A stretch of DNA of 64,000 bases from Eledone cirrhosa (taxonomy: Eukaryota). Shown here one piece after another: positions 55,619-64,000 of the stretch. The DNA lies in the NCBI GenBank assembly GCA_964016885.1, contig OZ024745.1, positions 84,196,001 to 84,260,000 of the forward strand. The letters are read 5' to 3'. Numbering within the stretch: position 1 is the first letter of the stretch; each line of letters begins with the position of its first letter. The notes below the pieces were generated by a model. That model did no database searches, was not told the DNA's origin, and saw only the letters and a program-made list of their open reading frames with translations. The position numbers and the translations under genes are program-made.

Positions 55619-57378
55619 ATATATGCCGAAGCATACACACACAGACACACACACACACACATACACACACACACGCATGCATACATACATATATACATAC
55701 ATGCATCCATACCTGCACACATACGCGTGTGTGTGTGTGCGTGTTTAATCTCCGTCTGTTATAACAATTGAACATAAATATATGCAATATATACATGTGC
55801 GCACACACACATACACACACACACACACATACACACACACACACACATACACACACATGCACATACATACACACACGCATACATACATGTTAGGAAATTA
55901 CAAGTATAATCCAATAATGGAACAATAAAAATTTGTAAAACATTCCAAACATTCTGCATCTAATAACTGCATATACACTTGTACAGATACAAAGCATATG
56001 CACATACAGACATATAACTCAAGACATATACATCCACACATACAGTAATATCCATACCTGCACACGCATGCATGCAGACATGCATTCATAACTACTTAGT
56101 TGATGTTTTGTAAATTCCAATGTTAGAAACCAACTCTCTCTCTATTGGCGTTAAATGACTCTACGACTCTATCAGGAGTTACATAAGATGTGTATATCCT
56201 TCCATTGCAAATTTTCAAAATAAATCAAACCTTACATGTAATATGCCAAAACACGTAACGTCTCACAGCGGATCTGATGTGTTAAGTTCATTTATACATC
56301 ATATAGGTTCGAACTGCTACCGTTAAATTAATACGAATATGGGTCTTATTGCGATAATGCATTACGTGTAAAGTTTAAATCTATAGAACTTTAAAACAAA
56401 TTTTGGAAACAAATGTGCCAAGAATTAAAATTATAGGAGAGGATTTGTGCTCAGTAATGTAATGGAAAGACATATATCAAATGTACAGGCGTATTTTTAT
56501 GATAATAAATTATAGACATAGCATTAGATATTGGTAAAATGAGATATAATAACGTTAGAAAAAGGATAAGAATTAGAAATTTATATCATAGGCTTTCATA
56601 ATACATTAATAAATAAAAAAGAAAGAAAGAACGAAATCCTTATATTATATTATATTTTATTATATTATATTATATAATATAAACTGTGGCATATATAATT
56701 AATCGTGGACTCTCGTATAAAACGATTCGTATAAAACAGATTGTGTTTCAGCTTGTAATAAAGTAATTGAATAAATATATATATATGAATATGTAAGATT
56801 ATTTCAGTAGGAGAAAGAAATACAGAAAACCTCCTCCCAGCAAAAAAGAAATGTTAATAACAATATAATTAGAGGTGGAGAAAATACGATTAAAGGAACG
56901 TACTAAGAGGAAATAAGAAGTGCAGCAAATATAACATAGAAATCAATTAATTCAAATAGTGGAGAACTTCATTTTAGGATATTCAATTTACTTGGAAAAT
57001 GAAAGTTTTACTTTTACAAACGTATTTACAAGATGAAGTTAAAAATATAGAAAATGATTTAAGTTTAGGAAATAATAATGTAATAAATGTATAAAGAAAT
57101 ATAAACAGGTATAAATATCCACACATATATACATATATACGAAAACACATTATATATATATACTTTTCTCAACCTGATTAGTTCTATCGTTACTTTGGTA
57201 TGTATTGTGTGTTAGTTTCGCCTACCACAATGTTCGATTTGTCAAGCTATTTAAACGTATGTTATTACTCTGAGGTCCTATCTTATCGAGTGCTTTGCTA
57301 ACTCATCATTTCATATAAGTAGGCCGAATTTACAAACCGAATTTGCAAACCGCCAGAGATTCGATTTTACTGATTTCC

Positions 57379-57428
<50 letters not shown>

Positions 57429-57575
57429 TATTTTCCGTTGTGTTGTAATATAAATATTACACACAGTAGATTATCAGCTCACGTAGAGTTTGCTCGACGG
57501 TTCCAGTTGTAGTTCCAAAAGTAATCCGGAGAAAAATAGAAAGATTTGAATGGATACAGTTTAGTTGAAAGGAAT

Positions 57576-57695
57576 TTATTGACACGTGTTTCTATAACAG
57601 TTACATAACCTAAAACAGCTGCTATCTACAAACTTTTAGTTATGCAGACATTCAATATTTCAATGTTATTATTTACTGTCATTTCATCAGAATAA
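57576..57695 (-). ncRNA. Mirror copy of the expanded-stem-II hammerhead
   Basis: Reverse complement of 57873-57992. Confidence 0.75.
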
Positions 57696-57872
57696 TATTA
57701 CTGAGGACCTATTTAGTTTTTATAGAGAATATTAGGAGGGAGGGGTGAAGTTGTTAGAAGAATAGTTGAAGGAGTGGTATTTTGAAAAAACCACTCCTTC
57801 AACTATTCTTCTAACAACTTCACCCCTCCCTCCTAATATTCTCTATAAAAACTAAATAGGTCCTCAGTAATA

Positions 57873-57992
57873 TTATTCTGATGAAATGACAGTAAATAAT
57901 AACATTGAAATATTGAATGTCTGCATAACTAAAAGTTTGTAGATAGCAGCTGTTTTAGGTTATGTAACTGTTATAGAAACACGTGTCAATAA
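57873..57992 (+). ncRNA. Type I hammerhead ribozyme, canonical core, ~91-nt stem II
   Basis: TTATT-CTGATGA(57878-57884)-A-ATGACAGT..ACTGTTAT-A-GAAAC-ACGT-GTC(57985-57987)-AATAA. Confidence 0.8.
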
Positions 57993-58026
57993 ATTCCTTT
58001 CAACTAAACTGTATCCATTCAAATCT

Positions 58027-58069
<43 letters not shown>

Positions 58070-58209
58070 TATTAAGGATACTATTTATGGTTATGTATGT
58101 AATAAAACCTTTTATGGTAATATATTTTTTATACAAACTTTAAATAGTGAAAAATAGTCATTAATTACTATCTTATTACCAGTAAGATAAATAGCTCAAT
58201 GTAATAACA

Positions 58210-58540
58210 ATGATCAAGAAAGGAACAGAACAATATTTGCGAATGATTCCTGGTTTACCCTCTCTGCACGAGGTGCAAAAAATTGTTTTGACTGGTACTG
58301 CACACGTATTGAGAAGAGCACTATCTCTTTAAAATTGATATCCCTCCTTGTATTTACATATGCATATACACATGTGTATATATGTATAGTGTTTTTTTGT
58401 TTTTTTTATTATAATCAATGTGCTGTATTAACTGGCTTACCAATGCATACTGTGAATTTTTTTGCCCTAGGTGTCAGGAAGACACTCGGCATATATCTCA
58501 AACAATAATGAAAGAAAATAAAAACAATAATAATAATAAT

Positions 58541-58546
<6 letters not shown>
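58210..58546 (+). mobile_element. 3' end of an R4/Dong-like non-LTR retrotransposon with (AAT)n tail
   Basis: MIKKGTEQYLRMIPGLPSLHEVQKIVLTGTAHVLRRALSL* (R4-type C-terminus), 3' UTR, then (AAT)n. Confidence 0.75.
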
Positions 58547-58624
<78 letters not shown>

Positions 58625-58706
58625 GTTATTCCGGGTTGAATCGGAGGTAACCACAGTAAGTAAGGTACTCAATACATAGCAGAGTATAAAAGTTTTAATA
58701 TAGATG

Positions 58707-58757
58707 AGATTCTACAGGACTAGAACTGTTTCATTCATTAGAAATCATCAGGAATCT
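58707..58757 (-). ncRNA. Type I hammerhead ribozyme
   Basis: Reverse complement of 60163-60213. Confidence 0.75.
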
Positions 58758-59095
58758 GGGTATCAAAAAATAAATATGGTATTTATAGGTCTCTACAAGT
58801 GGTAGGAGAGGGTGGGGAGTGGGATGGGTGCAGGTCATTGGTTGATAGAAAAGGGAATTCATTAAAAGCTAATTCTACAAAGCTATAGTTTATTTTTATT
58901 TATTTATGTTTTTAGAGTAACAAGGGCAGACAGAATTCTATAAACAGGTTCCGGATGGCATACCATTCCTTGTCAATAAGTTTCTCTTAAGCTACCAGAT
59001 GTCTATAAAATCAGTGGGGGGTCAGTCATGGTCGATAGAATTAAAGAAATATATATATATGTGTGTGCATGTATATATGTGTGTATATGTGTATA

Positions 59096-59156
<61 letters not shown>

Positions 59157-59231
59157 ATATATATATATATGTATGTATATGTATACGTATGTGTGTGTGT
59201 ATATATATATATGTGTATGTATGTATGTGTG

Positions 59232-59276
<45 letters not shown>

Positions 59277-59483
59277 ATATGTGTCTGTGTATGTGTATGT
59301 ATATATGTCTATATGTAATTGTGTGTATATGTATACACATGTATATTTGTGTTTGTATGTATGCGTGTGAGTGTATTTATTTGTGTGTATATATGTGTGT
59401 GTGTGTGTGTGTGTCTGTGTATGTATGTGTATGTGTGTGTGTATGTGTATATATATATATGTGTGTGTATATATGTGTATATA

Positions 59484-59560
<77 letters not shown>

Positions 59561-60162
59561 GTGTATGTATGTGTGTGTACATGAATATATTTTTATATAT
59601 GTGTGTGTGTTTTTATGTGTGTATATGTGTTTGTGTGTGTGTTTATGGTTGCGCGTAAGTGTGTGAGTGAGTATGTGTTTTTTTGTTTTTTTGTTTATTT
59701 GTTTTGTTTGAATGTATCTGTTGATTTTTGGCATATAGTTGATTAGTTTAAGAGAAGTTCGAAGATAATAGTAAGATATGCACTCAGTATTTTGAATCTC
59801 TCTGCAGAATTCTCTAGACCTTTGTCACTTAGTAGAACCTTAATGATATTAGCTTTTAAAGAATCTCCCTTTTCTTTAATTCTATCGACCATGACTGACC
59901 CCCCACTGATTTTATAGACATCTGGTAGCTTAAGAGAAACTTATTGACAAGGAATGGTATGCCATCCGGAACCTGTTTATAGAATTCTGTCTGCCCTTGT
60001 TACTCTAAAAACATAAATAAATAAAAATAAACTATAGCTTTGTAGAATTAGCTTTTAATGAATTCCCTTTTCTATCAACCAATGACCTGCACCCATCCCA
60101 CTCCCCACCCTCTCCTACCACTTGTAGAGACCTATAAATAACATATTTATTTTTTGATACCC

Positions 60163-60213
60163 AGATTCCTGATGATTTCTAATGAATGAAACAGTTCTAG
60201 TCCTGTAGAATCT
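60163..60213 (+). ncRNA. Type I hammerhead ribozyme
   Basis: AGATTC-CTGATGA-TTTC TAAT GAAT-GAAA-CAG(8 nt)CTG-TA-GAATCT: 6-bp stem I, GUA cleavage site. Confidence 0.78.
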
Positions 60214-60234
60214 CATCTATATTAAAACTATATA

Positions 60235-60347
<113 letters not shown>

Positions 60348-60391
60348 CATGGCCTCAGCCGGATGGCTGAAACAGGTAAAAGAGTAAAAGA

Positions 60392-60501
<110 letters not shown>

Positions 60502-60529
60502 CAATAATCAAAGTTCAGTTTAAATCATT

Positions 60530-60584
60530 TATTTGCTTACAATTGTTTCCTCCAAACCGAGGTTTGGATTCTTCGGACCAACTA
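60530..60584 (-). ncRNA. Hammerhead-like motif (core CCGAAGA, degenerate stem I)
   Basis: GGT-CCGAAGA-A-TCCAAACC TC GGTTTGGA-G-GAAAC-AATT-GTA-AGCAAATAAA. Confidence 0.55.
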
Positions 60585-60719
60585 TTTAGTGATCTATAAC
60601 ATACTTGACCTCCTTTTCAACACAAGAGACATATAAAACATATGCACATATTGATCCACAGTGGGATGGCATCCATCAAAATGATATAGCATGGCAATTT
60701 ACATATAAAGGTTAAAGGA

Positions 60720-61022
60720 TAAAAATTAAAATATAAATTAAAAAAAAAAAAAATTAAAAAAAATAATTTAAAAAAAATAAAAAAATAAATAAATAAAAAA
60801 ATAAATAAATAAAAATAAAAATAAAAATTAAATATAAAAATAAAAATAAAAATTAAAATAAAACTAAAACTAAAACTTAAACTAAAACTAAAACTAAAAA
60901 TAAAAATAAATATAAAAATAAAAAAAAAATAAAAATAAAAATAAAAATAAAAATAAAAATAAAAATAAAAATAAAAATAAAAATAAAAATAAAAATAAAA
61001 ATAAAAATAAAAATAAAAATAG
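60720..61022. repeat. A-rich (TAAAAA)n hexamer microsatellite
   Basis: Directly visible; perfect in the distal ~90 bp. Confidence 0.95.
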
Positions 61023-61900
61023 AAATGAAGCGTTGGCAGTCTATGAAGATAAAGCAAGAGGAAAGTTTAGAGTAGTCAGTGTATGAAACAATCTCACGTG
61101 TAGCATGCACGCGTGTCTTATTTATACAGGATTAGAGTGCGTCAGAATGTTATTTGCAGGGTCAGGCAGTTGAAGCAGGCAATCGATATTATTATGTGGG
61201 CTGAATTATTAAGTCATTTATTCGCATACACCTGTATGATATACAGTCCTGAATGTAGAGAAACACCAAAATATCAAAAATTTCAAACATATTATAAACC
61301 ATATTGTATCGTGGGCAAAACAGTACCACTGTCTTCGCTCACACCACCACTCACATAATCCATGAGACGCAATATATAGAACACGGGTCTATCATATAAT
61401 TCACGATGGTTCAGCATATAACCAAGTTATAAACCGTATCTTGTCGATTCTTAATTAATAGATCATGTTGTTTAGTTTTGTGTGATGATATTATATTCCG
61501 GAAGTGTCTGTATGACCAAGGGGGAATTAATGCGTAAGGGGAGGTAACTAGCTGGTTTTCTTAGTTAAATTTATTATCCTAAATTACATTAATGGTGTTT
61601 CAAATAAGTGCCTATCATATGATGTTATAACTAATTTCTAGAATATGTTACTTATTTATAGGTTATAGTGTTGTCCATTAAGAAGTACTAGGGTGTATAT
61701 ATTAGGATGATTACCTTCTATTAAGGGGTGTCATATCTGAACATTCCATAAGAGGAGTCAGACTCCCAAATCAATGTTCCATGTAAATGTAATTCCTCCC
61801 GCAGGACCTGGCATGGTCCTATTATTATATATGACTCCCGGTAGGCTCTGGGTATGTCTGAATCCTTGGTAAATCTGAATATCTTCAGGATGGTCCGGAC

Positions 61901-62208
61901 ATCAAATTTCTCATATAAAGACACCAGTCTGGCCATCAAGCAATAGATTACCCCAATCTCATATATAAATTAAATTAGGTATCTTATCTACAAATTAGAG
62001 TGGAGTCTATTAATAGGTACTAAAGGAGTTCATATCATGATGATTACAATCTGGAGATCAAATCTCTCATATAAGGACACCAGTCTGGCCATCAAGCAAT
62101 ACATAAACTCCCATCTCACATATAAATTAAATTAGGTATCTTATCTACAAATTAGAGTGGAGTCTATTAATAAGTACTAAAGGAGTTCATATCATGATGA
62201 TTACAATC
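61901..62208. repeat. Tandem duplication of a ~156-bp unit
   Basis: 61901-62051 matches 62057-62208. Confidence 0.9.
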
Positions 62209-62793
62209 CAATATGGAGTGCCACACCTGGACAATCTATAGGAAGAGTCAGACTACAAAATTAATTATATGGGTCTCACTACTAATAATGGTCTTATTAT
62301 CATACAAGACTCCCGGCAAGATTCAGGTCATAGTACGGCTGCATCCCCGGTAAATTCACCAGGGTGGTCTGGGGGCCAGTTCTCTCATCAAAAGATACCA
62401 ATCAGGTCATCAAGCAACACAGAAACTCCTAACTCATGTATTACCTGTGCATAATTCATTGAACTGATCGTATATAGTATATATTCACATAACAATAAGA
62501 TTACCTATCTAATCATCAATCTATCTCTTGGTGGCATTCCATGCACAGGATTATGTTATCACAACCAATACCGTGTCTACAGTTTATATTAATCATATAT
62601 TTGTGCAATGCAGTTTAAGTAGTCCACGGCCGAGATATCAGAATTAGAAGTACATGGGGGTATTCCCAGGGTAGATGGTACTAAAATGCTGCCAGTATTA
62701 CCCTTAGAGTATATAAATGGGTGTGGAGATGAGGTGTAAGGTGTGCTACTGATGCTAATTGCTAGGGGTGGTGACGGTTCCAGTCTGACATTT

Positions 62794-63890
62794 TTATATA
62801 TAGGGTTTAAAGTTTTGGAACGAGTGTCGGAAGCGGTGTTGGCAAGATGCGAACACTTCTGATTTTTTATTAAGGAGATTATGGTTAGAGAAGATGATAT
62901 TATGGGTCTCTAGTAGACAGAGGTTACAAAATTTATTAGGTGGTTTGTACGATGTTGCACTACCTACCACTTCCCATTTAAGTGTATATATTTTATTTTT
63001 AGTTTTTAGATAGTGTATGTAGCTATATAGTGAAGTGGAGTTGGCTAGACTGTGTTTTTTGAAAGAGTGGAGGTGCGAATTGTATCTAGGTTTGAAGCAG
63101 TTAGAGGTAGAGCCTATATAGGTTTCAGAAGAGTTGTTAGTTGTGACTGTACATGAGTATATGATATTCTTGGTTAAGCATTTTTTATCTAAAGGGCAGG
63201 TTCTATTTGATCTACAGTTACAATTATTCTGGGTGCTTGTCTGCCGGTTACTATGCTGTGTAGAAGTTTGGATGTTAGCTATAGGGTTATGGTTATGTGG
63301 GTTGTCGTACGCAGCGTTAATGTTTACACTAGTACTAATACTATTATTTCCATTGATATTATGGTTAGTTGCTATAATGTTATTTTGAATGTTATTTTGA
63401 ATGTTTATCGTCTGCTGTGATTTAGTTTGTTGGAAGTAAGAATTAATTTTTCTTTTATTACTACTAGCTATGTGGTATGCTAAGTTAGGCGTAGTAGAGT
63501 ATGAGATTTTAATAGTGTTTTTGTTTAAAAGGCTATGGTACCTGTGGCCGGATGGCAAGTGTTTATCCAGTAGTGAGAAGAAAGCCCTAGGTAGGTTGGT
63601 AGAGACGTTTAGATTGAAAGGAGGGTTGAAAAATGTATTATTTCTTCTTCTATTTCTGTTTTTTATGTCTGGTGATTTGTTTCCTTTAATGCTACTATGG
63701 TAATTTCTGTGGTGTGGGTTACTTTTGTTGTTACCATCCCTATTAGTGTGTGTGTGGTTGCTATTCCTATTATTAAATTTTCCCATGGATATGCTGTGTG
63801 AAATAATGTTGTAGCTATGCGTTTTTGTAGGTAGGAACTCTATCCCTGTATTATGGCCTGATCTAGCTAATGCCTGATTATAATACTGAA
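62794..63890 (-). pseudogene. PLE C-terminal region, open frame: thumb end, Asn-rich linkers, CxCx5Cx5C, GIY-YIG endonuclease
   Basis: YYNQALARSG; FFNPPFN; KISYSTTPNL; CNCRSNRTCPLDKKCLTKNIIY..YIGSTSNCFKPRYNSH; CNLCLLE..SCQHR. The RT core is absent. Confidence 0.9.
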
Positions 63891-64000
63891 TGACAAAAAA
63901 CCTCCTGACAACGGGAGATATTTTGAAAATCTCTAAACATTTTTCAATCCAATTGTGTGGCAAATGCTTTTTTATAATCTATCTAAGCAATTGATAGATT
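63891..64000 (-). mobile_element. Fragment of an R4/Dong-like LINE reverse transcriptase (motif 3), continuing off the window
   Basis: NLSIA*IDYKKAF..PHNWIEKCLEIFKI. Confidence 0.7.

Larger units (their letters stand above)
57536..58032. repeat. Near-perfect 497-bp palindrome (centre 57784) of a PLE pseudo-LTR
   Basis: The arms are reverse complements, with one mismatch seen near the centre; (TA)n flanks. Confidence 0.95.
58625..60229 (-). mobile_element. Short PLE insertion: 3' pseudo-LTR (58625-59049), microsatellite-rich UTR and inverted 5' pseudo-LTR (59871-60229)
   Basis: 359-bp inverted repeat 58691-59049 / 59871-60229 carrying hammerheads; the tip matches 6762-6806. Confidence 0.82.

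Overview
AT-rich, microsatellite-dense eukaryotic DNA, most likely intergenic or intronic sequence of a mollusc and probably an octopod cephalopod (inferred from repeat content only). No host protein-coding exon could be supported, and most listed ORFs are translations of (TA)n/(CA)n tracts. The window is a nest of decayed mobile elements. (1) At least five Penelope-like element (PLE) copies retain RT and/or GIY-YIG remnants: four of Hydra-clade type (CxCx5Cx5C linker) and one Neptune-type. There are also many solo or inverted pseudo-LTRs, and nearly all termini abut (TA)n. (2) An ~8-kb Helitron (HUH Rep plus PIF1 helicase, pseudogenised) is nested in the 3' UTR of one PLE. It has an internal duplication and a head-to-tail mini-copy. 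(3) There are fragments of R4/Dong-like and CRE-like non-LTR elements and many tRNA-derived SINEs. The most notable signal is a set of about 20 predicted type I hammerhead ribozyme motifs in the PLE pseudo-LTRs, from about 11 distinct sequence contexts. Their architecture is unusual: stem II expanded to ~60-100 nt, a recurrent non-Watson-Crick pair at the base of stem II, and core variants (CAGAAGA in most copies of one family, U3-A8 covariation, CUGAAAGA). The window also has a high density of long fold-back palindromes. All folds were made by eye and no activity is demonstrated.
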